Part shown: positions 20,233-30,507 of the stretch, in pieces | Layout: each line of letters starts with the position of its first letter | Numbering within the stretch: position 1 is the first letter of the stretch | Origin: Candidatus Nezhaarchaeales archaeon | GTDB lineage: Archaea > Thermoproteota > Methanomethylicia > Nezhaarchaeales > WYZ-LMO8 | Length of the DNA stretch: 64,000 nucleotides | Direction of reading: 5' to 3' | Assembly: GCA_038887515.1 (NCBI GenBank) | Contig: JAWAKK010000001.1 | Coordinates: 224,001 to 288,000 of the forward strand | Position numbers and translations under genes: made by a program | The notes under the pieces: model-generated | Told to the model about the DNA's origin: nothing | The model's input: only the letters and a program-made list of their open reading frames with translations | The model's database searches: none

Positions 20233-21497
20233 TTAAGGAACCCATAGACGAAATGAGAGAGAGACAGAAGAAAGAGCCCGAAGAGGTCCTGAAAGAGAGG
20301 GCCACAATATTTGAAGCAGCGGTAGATCTTAAAGAGCCCGAAAGAGTTCCATTGCTACTACTTTCATGTGGTCACCTGCTCGGTAAGTATTACAAATTAA
20401 GCGAGATATTCTTCAACTACGATACATTAAAGAAGGCTTCACTAAAAGTCATCGAAAACTTCCCAGCAGACTTATTTGCACCGGTACCTGCCGCCGATGG
20501 CTTCATATTTTCAGTAGCCTTCGCAGATTACCCCGATCTCTCACCCGTAGTCCGCTTCATAGCGGGACCTATACACGACATTTTGGGTGATAAATACACT
20601 CGATGGCCTGGAAGGGAGCTTAGCGAGAACACTACTTTTCAGTTTATAGGTGGAAAGTTCATGGAGGTCGAAGAGTACGACAAGCTTATTGAAGACCCAA
20701 TAGGTTTCATAAATGAGGTAGTGGTGCCTAGAGTTTGCACAAACCTAGCTAAACCAGGTATATCTAGGTACGCGACGTATGCTAGACTCGGCATAGCTGG
20801 TCGAGACTTCCTATTTAACGGTATGATAGGGACAAGCATCGAGCTAACTAAGGTCGGCATACCACCAATTCCGCTTACGTCTGCTTATGCCCCGCTAGAC
20901 GTCATAAGTGACTTTATGAGGTATCCAACTAATATGATGCTCGACTTACGTAGGTACCCTGATAAAGTTAAGAGTGCTACCGAGGTGCTGGTTGAGCCAA
21001 TAATCAAGATAGCGATGGCACTTAAGCCAGCAGGAGCGAAATTTGCTTTCATTCCGCTACATTTAAATGAGATGCTTCCTCCAAAGCTTTACAACGAGTT
21101 CTACTGGCCCTACTTAAAGGAAGTAATAGTGAGACTTTACCAAAACGGTATAAGGTCATACATTCTTTTTGAAGGGAACCACATGCCCCACTTAGAGACG
21201 ATACTTGAGTTACCTAAAGGATGGGGTCTCGGGGTCTTTGAAAAAGGCGATATAAAGAAGATTAGAGAAACCTTAAAGGGACATACTTGCGTTGCCGGAG
21301 GCATCCCCATATCGTTGCTCCTGCAAGCCACTCCGGACAAAATAGATAGTTACGTCAAAGAATTGCTTGCAGACCTAGCTCCAGGTGGAGGCTTCATACT
21401 TGGGCCAGGTATAGGCGAAATACCAGCCGAAGTACCGGATGCCAATTTAAGGGCACTGGTCAACGCAGCACTAAAGTATGGTAGATATAAGAGGTAA
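20229..21497 (+). CDS. UroD-family substrate:corrinoid methyltransferase (aryl O-demethylase MtoB/MtvB/OdmB-like)
   Basis: ATGA overlap with the corrinoid gene. KEPERVP, FMEVEEYDKLIEDP, PLDVISDFMR, FIPLH, FYWPYLKE, LELPKG and APGGGFIL motifs. Confidence 0.8.
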   Translation: MIKEPIDEMRERQKKEPEEVLKERATIFEAAVDLKEPERVPLLLLSCGHLLGKYYKLSEIFFNYDTLKKASLKVIENFPADLFAPVPAADGFIFSVAFADYPDLSPVVRFIAGPIHDILGDKYTRWPGRELSENTTFQFIGGKFMEVEEYDKLIEDPIGFINEVVVPRVCTNLAKPGISRYATYARLGIAGRDFLFNGMIGTSIELTKVGIPPIPLTSAYAPLDVISDFMRYPTNMMLDLRRYPDKVKSATEVLVEPIIKIAMALKPAGAKFAFIPLHLNEMLPPKLYNEFYWPYLKEVIVRLYQNGIRSYILFEGNHMPHLETILELPKGWGLGVFEKGDIKKIRETLKGHTCVAGGIPISLLLQATPDKIDSYVKELLADLAPGGGFILGPGIGEIPAEVPDANLRALVNAALKYGRYKR

Positions 21498-21716
21498 TCA
21501 ATTCTTTAACCTTCACATTTTTATCCTCCAAAGGGCGATATAGCCGGTTAACCTAGACTTTAACCTTTTAAGTCGTCCATCTTTTCTTACCCCCTAAGAC
21601 CATAAGATCGTGGTTCTTTCCTTCAGACAAGGATTGAAGAAGTTGAAGACAGAAATTATTCTTTTTTTAGAAAAAGCTTATAAAAATTTCGACACCAACA
21701 ATTCTTCGTGGTATAA

Positions 21717-23627
21717 ATGTTCGTAAAGAGAGGAGTACACGTTTACAGGGGTAACGAGTATCATCAAAGGCTCCACGATTACGATGAGGCTATAAGACCC
21801 CAGAAGATAAGCTTGGAGACTTGGGGAAAAATTAAGGACAAGATAGAATGCGTGTACTTCCTTGGATACCCTGAAATATCGAAGGAACCTGAAAGTCGAC
21901 CACAATATAAGGTTAAGGTAGAGAAGGACGTTATGATACCTGTGAGGGATGGGGTAAAGATAGCAGCTGACGTCTATAGACCGGATGCAGAGGGCAAGTT
22001 TCCAACGATCTTGTCGTTCGGTAGCTGGGGCAAAGATATATGTGAAATGGTCATGTGGTTGCCTCCTCAGCAGTATCAGCCAGACACACCTTTCTGGGCC
22101 GGGAACCTTGAAGCCGGTCCTATACCTTATCTCGTTGAGCGTGGTTACGTAGTAGTAGTCCCTGATCCTAGAGGATGGAAGCTATCAGGTGGAGAGATAG
22201 ACGTATTTGTTGAAACTATGTTCAATGATTGGCCTCGGGATATATACGACATAATCGACTGGATAATAAAGCAACCCTGGTCTAATGGCGTAGTAGGAAT
22301 GATGGGAGAATGCATATATGGTGCAGCTCAAATATTCGCTGCAGCACTAGCCCCTCATCCAGCCCTTAAGGCTATAGCTCCTTGGGAATTCGTAGGCGTG
22401 CTGGTAAGCGACGTCAATTTTACTGGTGTAGTACATACGATGCTCTACAGCATCTTGACTAATAGGCACGTAAACGACTCAAATGCTTGGCCGAGATGTA
22501 AGCTGAGACCTTGGGCCTTTAAGCATTTAAGCAAAGACGAGGTAGAAAACAGATTAAAGGAACTACTTGAACATCCCGACATCAAGTACAACGCAAGGTA
22601 TTATGGAGTCCTACAGTATCCCGACATGGATCCTGCAGGCTTCATGGTTGATGGGCTAATGTTCTGGTTACATCCACCTCCTCCTGGAAAAGAGTTCCCG
22701 ATAAACGACAACTTCCCTTACGATAAGATAAAGATACCAGTATATCTCAACACACCGTGGAACGTCGTAGTATACATATGGGACACATTCTATGCTTACG
22801 AGAAGGTGGGCTCTAAAGCTAAGAAGTTGTTCGTCTCTATACCAAGAGAGATGAGAAGACCTTGGGTTGACTATCCCGAAGAGATTCTTAGATGGCACGA
22901 CTACTGGCTCAAAGGCATAGACACGGGAATCGTTGATGAACCGCCCGTCAAGCTGTTCGTTACAGGAATAAACATGTGGAAGTTCGAAAGAGAATGGCCT
23001 CCAGCTAGAGCAAGTTATACGAAGATTTACTTGCATCCAGGAGGTTGCTTATCGTTCGAGAAGCCTCCAGCAAACTCGCCCCCAGACTACTTCGTACAGC
23101 ATCCTCTCTACGAGGACCCAACAGTTTACGCGATGTTCTATACGTCAGAGCCTCTAAAAGAGGAAATAGAAGCCATAGGTCCCGTAGAGTTGATACTTGA
23201 GGCTAGCATAGACGGTGACTTCACGAACTGGATCATCGACTTAGTTGATATATCTCCATTAGGAGAAGCGCAGGTTCTAGGTCAAGGATGGCTTTGCACG
23301 TACTTCAGGGAAATTGATGAAGCAAAGTCTAGGCCTGGATGGCCTCGATATAAGAGGACGCATGCTAAACCAACACCTCGCAACGAGAAAATAAGGTATA
23401 GGATAGCATTAATGCCTATTGCCCACGTATTCCAAGTTGGCCATAGAATACAGGTTATAGTTAGAAACCAAGACGACCTGCTGAGCATAGACGGCTTGAT
23501 AAGGGACTACATACTCCCAAGAATGGAGAAAGTCACTCACACGATATACTACGGAGAGTCAGCATTGCTGCTACCTATAGTACCTAAACCGAGAGAGAGG
23601 ATCGTAATAGCGGAGGGACTAGCCTAA
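21717..23627 (+). CDS. CocE/NonD-family alpha/beta hydrolase with atypical catalytic residues
   Basis: DVMIPVRDGVKIAADVYRP, RGYVVVVPDPRG, IIDWIIKQPWSNGVVGM, EILRWHDYWLKG, and a C-terminal PepX-like domain (AHVFQVGHRI). Confidence 0.88.
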   Translation: MFVKRGVHVYRGNEYHQRLHDYDEAIRPQKISLETWGKIKDKIECVYFLGYPEISKEPESRPQYKVKVEKDVMIPVRDGVKIAADVYRPDAEGKFPTILSFGSWGKDICEMVMWLPPQQYQPDTPFWAGNLEAGPIPYLVERGYVVVVPDPRGWKLSGGEIDVFVETMFNDWPRDIYDIIDWIIKQPWSNGVVGMMGECIYGAAQIFAAALAPHPALKAIAPWEFVGVLVSDVNFTGVVHTMLYSILTNRHVNDSNAWPRCKLRPWAFKHLSKDEVENRLKELLEHPDIKYNARYYGVLQYPDMDPAGFMVDGLMFWLHPPPPGKEFPINDNFPYDKIKIPVYLNTPWNVVVYIWDTFYAYEKVGSKAKKLFVSIPREMRRPWVDYPEEILRWHDYWLKGIDTGIVDEPPVKLFVTGINMWKFEREWPPARASYTKIYLHPGGCLSFEKPPANSPPDYFVQHPLYEDPTVYAMFYTSEPLKEEIEAIGPVELILEASIDGDFTNWIIDLVDISPLGEAQVLGQGWLCTYFREIDEAKSRPGWPRYKRTHAKPTPRNEKIRYRIALMPIAHVFQVGHRIQVIVRNQDDLLSIDGLIRDYILPRMEKVTHTIYYGESALLLPIVPKPRERIVIAEGLA

Positions 23628-23637
23628 AGATTAGGAC

Positions 23638-23769
23638 ATGATGGGGTTGGTGTACATGATATATTGGGAATGGTTGCTTGGATGGGAAGGCCTAGCCTTC
23701 TACGTACTGATAATATTGTGCATCATAGGGGCATTGGCCTTAAGAAAAGGCAAGAAGCGAGGAGGATGA
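23638..23769 (+). CDS. Unannotated small membrane protein (type A) upstream of symporter 1
   Basis: MMGLVYMIYWEWLLGWEGLAFYVLIILCIIGALALRKGKKRGG*: one TM helix and a basic tail. It ends in GGAGGA-TGA just before the symporter start and is homologous to 34334-34474. The start could be 23656. Confidence 0.8.
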   Translation: MMGLVYMIYWEWLLGWEGLAFYVLIILCIIGALALRKGKKRGG

Positions 23770-23773
23770 AAAT

Positions 23774-25315
23774 ATGGAAATTAGGTATGATATATTGATA
23801 CCAACAATGGTATACTACTTCATAGCCACCATAGGTTTTGGTCTCTACTATCGCAAGAGATATGGTAAAGCTGCATACGACTTCGCTTTGGCGAGCAGAA
23901 CTCTACCGTGGTGGCTAGTTTTCACAGGCGCTGTCCTCATACCTTTCGGAGGGGGGCATACCGTATCGCCAGCCGAGGCTACATGGGCTTTCGGTGTTGG
24001 CCCACTGTTATGGCCCATCTTGGGCGCCGTTCCCTCGCTCTTGTTGCTCTTCTTCGTTACTGGTAGAATCATGAGGGGAATAGGTGCTAGAACCGTCGGT
24101 GAGGCTATGGAAATGACTTTCGGCCCTACGGCAAGGATTCTACTGGCGGTCACGACATGCCTCCACATGATGATTATAGCTGGTCTAGAACTTTATGGCA
24201 CAGCCTCGGCAATCTACGGGTTTACAGGGTTCGAATACGCATTCTGCATAGTCATAGCTTTCGTCTTAATCATAATATACACATTCTTCGCGGGCGTAAT
24301 GCAAGCCTCGGTACTCAATGCTATTAACCTTGCAGTCTACTACGTAGGCTTCATATTAGCGTTCGTAGCCTTAACCTTCTGGCTTGCACCTATCGGCGGT
24401 TGGGATGCTGCCGCCCAAGCGATAGTTCAGCGTATGGGCGATGCGGGGGTAACACTGTTCTCTAGTAGAGCAGCTGAGATGATAGCAATCCTCGGCATAC
24501 CTATAGCTATATCCCACATAGCTGCCGTCACGGTATGCCAAGGAGCCGCTCAACCCGTTCTATCAGCAAAAGATCCAAAGGAGATAATTAAGGGATGGCC
24601 CCTACTCATAATATTTAACGGCCTTGCCCCCATAATATGGGTCATCGCAGGTCTCTTAGCCTTCTCAGCGCCAGCTTCCCTTTATGGCGGGGCCGCAACA
24701 CTCATAGAAAATATGAGGGCTCAAGGGTTAGCCGTGCCAGCGACTATAGTCACAATAACACAGCTATGGCCTGCCGCCGCCGCGGCACTATTAATGGCAC
24801 TATTAGCTGCAACGCTGTCTACAGCCGGGGCCTTCTGTTTAGGTGCTGCTACGTCACTAACTGAGGACATAGTTAGGCGCTTCTTAAAACCGGATATGAG
24901 CGAGAGAAGTGCAGTAACACTGATGAGGCTCCTAATAGTGTTAACTGGAGTCATAGCGCTAATAAGCGCCTTCCTGAAACCATTCTTGATGGCTGGCTTC
25001 ATCTGGATATTTACGTTCTACATACCTCTATTCGTATCGTTCATACTAGGGCTCGCTTGGAAGAGAAACGAAAAAGCAACAATAGCGACCACCATGATAA
25101 GCTGGGCCATAAATATACTATGGATACTCTTCAAGCCGGTAATAGAGCAGACGATGCCAATATACTTACACCCAGCTATGGGTAACGTCTACCCAGTCAC
25201 GATAGCCTCAATAATAGTATACGTAGTTCTAGTACTAGTAATGAAAGGAACTAAACCGGGCCTACTTAAAGAAATTAAAGGTACCGCCGTCGAACAAGCC
25301 ATAGTAAAACCATAA
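23774..25315 (+). CDS. Sodium:solute symporter (SSS) family protein 1
   Basis: About 13 TM helices; DFALASRTLPWWL, GGGHT, AATLST and LTEDI motifs. Confidence 0.92.
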   Translation: MEIRYDILIPTMVYYFIATIGFGLYYRKRYGKAAYDFALASRTLPWWLVFTGAVLIPFGGGHTVSPAEATWAFGVGPLLWPILGAVPSLLLLFFVTGRIMRGIGARTVGEAMEMTFGPTARILLAVTTCLHMMIIAGLELYGTASAIYGFTGFEYAFCIVIAFVLIIIYTFFAGVMQASVLNAINLAVYYVGFILAFVALTFWLAPIGGWDAAAQAIVQRMGDAGVTLFSSRAAEMIAILGIPIAISHIAAVTVCQGAAQPVLSAKDPKEIIKGWPLLIIFNGLAPIIWVIAGLLAFSAPASLYGGAATLIENMRAQGLAVPATIVTITQLWPAAAAALLMALLAATLSTAGAFCLGAATSLTEDIVRRFLKPDMSERSAVTLMRLLIVLTGVIALISAFLKPFLMAGFIWIFTFYIPLFVSFILGLAWKRNEKATIATTMISWAINILWILFKPVIEQTMPIYLHPAMGNVYPVTIASIIVYVVLVLVMKGTKPGLLKEIKGTAVEQAIVKP

Positions 25316-25335
25316 CCTTTTTCCCTCTTTTTGTT
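25316..25335 (+). terminator. T-rich archaeal terminator
   Basis: CCTTTTTCCCTCTTTTTGTT immediately after the stop. Confidence 0.5.
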
Positions 25336-25415
25336 AATGGTAAGTAATAGTAAGCAATAGATGGACTTTTATTTATGTGAACAAAAATAGTTAATGAGAT
25401 ATATGGGAAGCACTT

Positions 25416-25544
25416 TTAAGCAGGAGCCTTTGGCCTCTTAGCCTCCTTACTCAAGGCTTTATATCCAACCCAGAACCATATGTTTACTACCCAAAGCAAT
25501 ATTAGGGTCTCTACGAAGAGACTTAATGGCAACGGAATACTCAA
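25416..25544 (-). CDS. Unannotated small membrane protein (type B), convergent with symporter 1
   Basis: TTG start: MSIPLPLSLFVETLILLWVVNIWFWVGYKALSKEAKRPKAPA*. GGGGGA SD and TTATAAAT TATA box (25578-25585) upstream; clearly homologous to 34197-34334. Confidence 0.8.
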   Translation of the reverse strand: MSIPLPLSLFVETLILLWVVNIWFWVGYKALSKEAKRPKAPA

Positions 25545-25762
25545 AATTCTTCCCCCACAAAAAGGTTTGGTAAAGTGATTTATAAGACTTGTCACGACAC
25601 TAAACTCTAAATTTCATGGGTTAAGAAGAAAACTTACGTGAAAACTCCTAAGTAACGGTTAAATGAAAGCTTTACGTCTTATGTGATAATGGTTTCTTAG
25701 CAAAGTTTAAATAAGGTTCTGAAGTCGATAAAGAGAAGAAGCTTTCCCCTCTAAGTAAGGCG

Positions 25763-26509
25763 ATGATAAACTATTGGGTGCAACGCATGCTTGAAGGAAA
25801 AGGGTTATCAAAATATTTCGGTAAACTAGCAGCAGTTAAAGATGTTAACTTCAAGATATGCGAAAGGGAAATAGTGGGCCTCATAGGTCCAAATGGTTCC
25901 GGAAAAACGACTTTATTTAACGTAATATCAGGATTCTACAAACCGGAAACAGGTAAAGTCTTCTTCATGGGGAAAGACATAACAGGTCTTCCCCCTTTTA
26001 AGATATGTAGAATGGGTATTGCAAGGACGTTTCAACTTATTAGGCCCTTCTTGACCATGACGGTGCTTGAGAACGTAATGGTTGGTAGCCTATATGGCGC
26101 CGGTAAGGGTATGATTACTAGTCGAGAAGAAGCCATGGAACTCCTCAAATTCGTCGGGTTAGACAAGAAAAAAGACGTCTTAGCAAGCCAGCTTAACCTT
26201 TGCGAGCGAAAATTCCTTGAAATCGCGAGGGCCTTAGCTACGAAACCTAAGGTGCTTTTACTTGATGAACCATTAAGCGGTCTAAACCCTACGGAGATAC
26301 TTCAAGCAAGAGAACTAATCAGAAAAATTAGGGACGACTTCGGAATTACAGTGTTTTGGGTAGAACACATAATGAAGGCCCTAAGAGGAGTCGTTGAAAG
26401 AGTCATCGTATTGAATTATGGAGAGAAGATAGCCGAGGGCCCCCTCGAAGAGGTCACGCGAGACCCTAAGGTCGTAGAAGCTTACTTAGGAGAGAGGTGG
26501 ATGATCTAG
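25763..26509 (+). CDS. livG: Liv-type ABC transporter ATPase (start may be 25787)
   Basis: GPNGSGKTT, GIARTFQ, LLLDEP and EAYLG motifs. Confidence 0.93.
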   Translation: MINYWVQRMLEGKGLSKYFGKLAAVKDVNFKICEREIVGLIGPNGSGKTTLFNVISGFYKPETGKVFFMGKDITGLPPFKICRMGIARTFQLIRPFLTMTVLENVMVGSLYGAGKGMITSREEAMELLKFVGLDKKKDVLASQLNLCERKFLEIARALATKPKVLLLDEPLSGLNPTEILQARELIRKIRDDFGITVFWVEHIMKALRGVVERVIVLNYGEKIAEGPLEEVTRDPKVVEAYLGERWMI

Positions 26510-26518
26510 GTGATATGA

Positions 26519-27226
26519 ATGCTTGAAGTACAAAACGTAGACGTATTTTACGGAGAGCTGCAAGTCCTATGGGGTGTTTCGTTAAAGGTTGAGAAGGGCG
26601 AGATAGTTGCATTGATAGGTCCTAATGGAGCAGGCAAATCAACACTATGCAAGTCGGTCATAGGCTTGCTCCGCCCAAAGAACGGCACCATCACATTCAT
26701 GGGCAAGCGGATAGACAACTTATCAACGCCAGACATAATAAGGCTCGGAATATCCATAGTACCAGAGGGTCGAAGGCTCTTTGGAAACATGACAGTAAGG
26801 GAAAACCTCGAACTTGGAGCATACGTTTCCGAGGTCAGAAAGAACATAGGTGAACAGCTTGAATGGGTCTTCAACATATTCCCCATATTAAAGGAAAGGC
26901 AGAATCAGCTTGCAGGAAGTTTGAGCGGTGGCCAGCAACAGATGTTGGCTATAGCGAGAGCTTTGATGTCGAAACCTAGGTTCCTAATACTCGATGAGCC
27001 GTCGCTCGGTTTAGCACCGAAAGTTGTGCTCACAGTTTATGAAATTATAAGGAAGTTGCGCGATGAAGGGGTAACCATACTTCTAGTCGAGCAGTATGCT
27101 AGTCAAGCTTTGAAGAACTCCGATAAAGCTTTCATACTTGAAAATGGGAGGATCGTTGGTTGGGGGGCGTCAGAAAACCTTCTTAAAGACGAACGTGTTA
27201 GGAAAGCTTACTTAGGAGAGGAGTAG
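26519..27226 (+). CDS. livF: Liv-type ABC transporter ATPase
   Basis: GPNGAGKST, VPEGRRLF, LSGGQQQMLAIARALM and LDEPSLGLAP motifs. Confidence 0.95.
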   Translation: MLEVQNVDVFYGELQVLWGVSLKVEKGEIVALIGPNGAGKSTLCKSVIGLLRPKNGTITFMGKRIDNLSTPDIIRLGISIVPEGRRLFGNMTVRENLELGAYVSEVRKNIGEQLEWVFNIFPILKERQNQLAGSLSGGQQQMLAIARALMSKPRFLILDEPSLGLAPKVVLTVYEIIRKLRDEGVTILLVEQYASQALKNSDKAFILENGRIVGWGASENLLKDERVRKAYLGEE

Positions 27227-27227
27227 C

Positions 27228-28112
27228 ATGTCTGTTCCTGGACTTACAGACTTATTAAGCATAGGAAACATAGTAGTCAACGGCTTGCTCCTTGGCGGTC
27301 TATTCGCATTAATAGCGTTTGGATTATCGGTATTCGTGGGAGTCATGAGGGTTATAAACATAGCTCACGGAGACTTTGCAATTTTATCAGCATACTTTGC
27401 GCTATCAATAATGTTATTCCTAAGAGTTGATCCTTTCATAAGCTTAATAGCCGTTGTACCGATAATGTTCGTGGTGGGCTACGCCTTTCAAAGGTTCATA
27501 ATAAATAGGCTACTCCCCATGGGAGCTAACCAACCTGTCATAGCGACTTTTGCACTAAGCATCGTAATACAAAATCTATTACTCTTGACTTTCACAGCGG
27601 ACGCCCGAAGCCTGATAGTTCCCTACTTACTAGAGCCCCTAGAATTCTTTGGAATAAGCATTTCACGACGCTACGGGGTGAGCTTCCTTACTGCCCTTAT
27701 AATGTTCGTGGCTATATACTTCTTCCTTAAGAAGACTTATACCGGCAAGGCTATGCGAGCGGTGCCATTTGATATCGAAGCTGCGAAAATGCTTGGAATA
27801 AGGCCCTTCTCGATCTATAATTTTGCGGCAGGCTTCGCTATGATTGCGGTAGCTGTTGCAGGCGTGCTGTTAGGTATGGTTTTCACATTTTACCCCGATA
27901 CGGGCCCGATGTTCCTATTATTGTCTTTCGGAGCCGTAGTGGTCGGGGGCGTTGGAAGCCTAAAGGGAACTCTCATAGGAGGCATAATAATGGGCGAAGC
28001 ACTGGTCCTGGGAGGATACTTGGGTTCACACTACCAGTTAATGTTTTGCTACCTAGTAATATTAGCAATCCTAATAGCAAGACCTCAAGGAATCTTCGGG
28101 GAGAGGTTCTAA
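27228..28112 (+). CDS. livH: Liv-type ABC permease
   Basis: NGLLLG..FALIA.GL, INIAHG, GKAMRA and RPQGIFG motifs. Confidence 0.92.
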   Translation: MSVPGLTDLLSIGNIVVNGLLLGGLFALIAFGLSVFVGVMRVINIAHGDFAILSAYFALSIMLFLRVDPFISLIAVVPIMFVVGYAFQRFIINRLLPMGANQPVIATFALSIVIQNLLLLTFTADARSLIVPYLLEPLEFFGISISRRYGVSFLTALIMFVAIYFFLKKTYTGKAMRAVPFDIEAAKMLGIRPFSIYNFAAGFAMIAVAVAGVLLGMVFTFYPDTGPMFLLLSFGAVVVGGVGSLKGTLIGGIIMGEALVLGGYLGSHYQLMFCYLVILAILIARPQGIFGERF

Positions 28113-28113
28113 G

Positions 28114-29064
28114 ATGTCCATACTAAAATTTGAGCTTAAACGAAACTATGTTTACATAGTAGTCGTAATAGCAATACTTGCATCCCTACCTATGTGGGTA
28201 GGCGGCTTTTTGAGAGATGCATTGATACTCTTCTTCTTATACCTTGCTGCTGCTGAGGTCTGGGGCTTTATGGCTAAGCACGCCGGCATGGTTTCTCTAG
28301 GTCAACAAATTTTCATAGGAATTGGAGGCTATATGACTGCGGTCCTATGTATGTATGAGGGCCTGCCGTTGTGGGCTAGTGTTATAGTCGCCGCCTTAAT
28401 AGGGAGTGGATTGGCAGCAGCCCTCTCCTTTCCGTTGTTAAGGTTGCGCGGCATTTACTTCTCGATAGGCTCCTTCCTTACAGCTGAAATTATTAAGTTA
28501 ATCTTCAATAGCTGGGAGTACGTTGGCGCCGGTAAGGGGCTAATATTTGTCGGAGCCTACGGTATACCCACGACAGTAATCTACTACCCTGCCATGGTTA
28601 TCGGTCTGTCCTCTATGTTCTTAATATATTACTTGTACCATTCAAAGCTAGGCTTCGGCCTTAGAAGCATAGGAGCTGATGAAGATGCTGCCGCTAGCCT
28701 TGGCGTTGACACATTTAGATGTAAAGCTCTCCTCTTCGTCTTTTCCGGCTTCATTACAAGCTTAGTGGGAGCAATAAATGCAATCCACCATACCTATCTA
28801 CATCCAACTTCAGCATTCAACATACTTTGGACGGTAAGCTTCCTATTCGTAGCGGTCCTGGGAGGACTTGGAACGATAATTGGGCCAGTTATCGGAAGCG
28901 CTATCTTTACGGCTTTAACATACTTGTTCTCTATGTACATTGGGCTAAGCCTGCTACTAGAGGGATTGGTCGTACTCGTTATATTACTGGTAGTTCCAGG
29001 AGGAATTTGGGGCTCCATAGCAAAGAAGTTGAGATACAAGATAAAACTAAAAGAACCCCTCTAA
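28114..29064 (+). CDS. livM: Liv-type ABC permease
   Basis: GMVSLGQ, LRLRGIYFSI, DEDAAASLGVD, LGGLGTIIGP and PGGIWG motifs. Confidence 0.92.
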   Translation: MSILKFELKRNYVYIVVVIAILASLPMWVGGFLRDALILFFLYLAAAEVWGFMAKHAGMVSLGQQIFIGIGGYMTAVLCMYEGLPLWASVIVAALIGSGLAAALSFPLLRLRGIYFSIGSFLTAEIIKLIFNSWEYVGAGKGLIFVGAYGIPTTVIYYPAMVIGLSSMFLIYYLYHSKLGFGLRSIGADEDAAASLGVDTFRCKALLFVFSGFITSLVGAINAIHHTYLHPTSAFNILWTVSFLFVAVLGGLGTIIGPVIGSAIFTALTYLFSMYIGLSLLLEGLVVLVILLVVPGGIWGSIAKKLRYKIKLKEPL

Positions 29065-29136
29065 TGGTTCATAATTGAAGGAGCTCGATGATTACCCGGT
29101 AATAAAACTTTTATTCTTTTTCATTACTATATTCTA

Positions 29137-30507
29137 TTGATTCTTATGAAGAAGACGTATGCTGCAATCATTGCTATAGTGGTCGTTGTCGTCGTTATTG
29201 TTGCGGGCGTTGCCGCCTACTTCTTAACCCTACCTCCACCAGGTCCAGCTGCCCCCGAGTACATAAAGATCGGCTGGCCAGTCCCATTAACTGGGGGCAT
29301 AGCAGCCTTCGGAGAGCCAGATCCTTGGATTGCTAGACAAATCGAGGATTACGTTAACAACGTTATGGGCGGCGTTTACTTAGCTGAGTACGGTAAGAAG
29401 GTCCCGATAAAGATCATTATGAGGGATACTAAGAGCGATCCTAATACTGCTGCTTCAGTTGCTGCTGAGCTAATAACTAGAGAGAACGTAGACTTAATGG
29501 TAGTCCTACACACGCCCGGAACAGTTAACCCGGTAACGGGGCAATGTGAGAGGTACGGGGTACCATGCATAGCTCTCGATTGTCCCGTGCTCTCATGGCT
29601 TGAAGGTGCTCCTTACAGGTGGTCGTACTTAGCGTTCTGGACTGAAGTCGACGTAGCCCACGTTTTTGTGGGGATATGGGACTCCTTGGGAGACAAGACT
29701 AACAAAGTTGTTGCAGGTCTATGGAGCGATGATCCTGACGGCAGGACGTTCCGAGAACTAACAGTTAAGCTGGCAAGGACACGGGGATATAGAGTTATAG
29801 ACTCCGGCTTAGTGCCCTACGGCACCTCCGATTTCAGCACATACATTGAAGAGTGGAAGAGAGCTGGAGCAGAAATACTTACTGGGAACTTTATTCCACC
29901 AGACTTTGCTACTCTCTGGAGGCAATGCCGTGAGCGCAGCTTTGTACCTAAAGTCGCTACAATAGGAAGGTCAGTTCTCTTCCCAGCTCAAGTAGAGGCC
30001 CTAGGAGGCGACTTAGGGGTCGGCCTGACAACTGAAGTATGGGTGCACGTGGTTTCTCCATTCCATTCATCGCTGACTGGCCAGACTCCAAGAGACCTAG
30101 CTGAAGCATACGAAAAAGCTTCGGGCAAACAGTGGAGTACGCCGTTAATATTCTCGCACGCGGCTTTCGAGCTAGTGGTCGACGTTCTTAAGAGGGCTGG
30201 TAGCTTGGATAAGGAGAAGGTTAGGGTGGCTATTGCGAATACTGACTTGGATACCATTGTTGGTCACATAAACTACAAGAAGCCGTTAAAGGAGATACTT
30301 AGCCCCGAAGAGTATGCAATCTACCAAGAATATCCGAAGTTGGTACAATACCAAGACCACTACTCCATAACTCCAGTCATCGGCGGACAGTGGGTTAGAG
30401 GGACGAAGTGGCCGTTCGAGCTCGAAGTAATCTACAACTGGAAGTACGGCAACATACCAGAAACAGCACCAGTAAGGCTTATACCCGAACTTCTCGGCAG
30501 AACATAA
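29137..30507 (+). CDS. ABC transporter substrate-binding protein (LivJ/K-like PBP1 family; aromatic ligand plausible)
   Basis: N-terminal TM anchor, IKIGWPVPLTG..AAFG, RDTKSDPN and LDTIVG motifs. Confidence 0.88.
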   Translation: MILMKKTYAAIIAIVVVVVVIVAGVAAYFLTLPPPGPAAPEYIKIGWPVPLTGGIAAFGEPDPWIARQIEDYVNNVMGGVYLAEYGKKVPIKIIMRDTKSDPNTAASVAAELITRENVDLMVVLHTPGTVNPVTGQCERYGVPCIALDCPVLSWLEGAPYRWSYLAFWTEVDVAHVFVGIWDSLGDKTNKVVAGLWSDDPDGRTFRELTVKLARTRGYRVIDSGLVPYGTSDFSTYIEEWKRAGAEILTGNFIPPDFATLWRQCRERSFVPKVATIGRSVLFPAQVEALGGDLGVGLTTEVWVHVVSPFHSSLTGQTPRDLAEAYEKASGKQWSTPLIFSHAAFELVVDVLKRAGSLDKEKVRVAIANTDLDTIVGHINYKKPLKEILSPEEYAIYQEYPKLVQYQDHYSITPVIGGQWVRGTKWPFELEVIYNWKYGNIPETAPVRLIPELLGRT

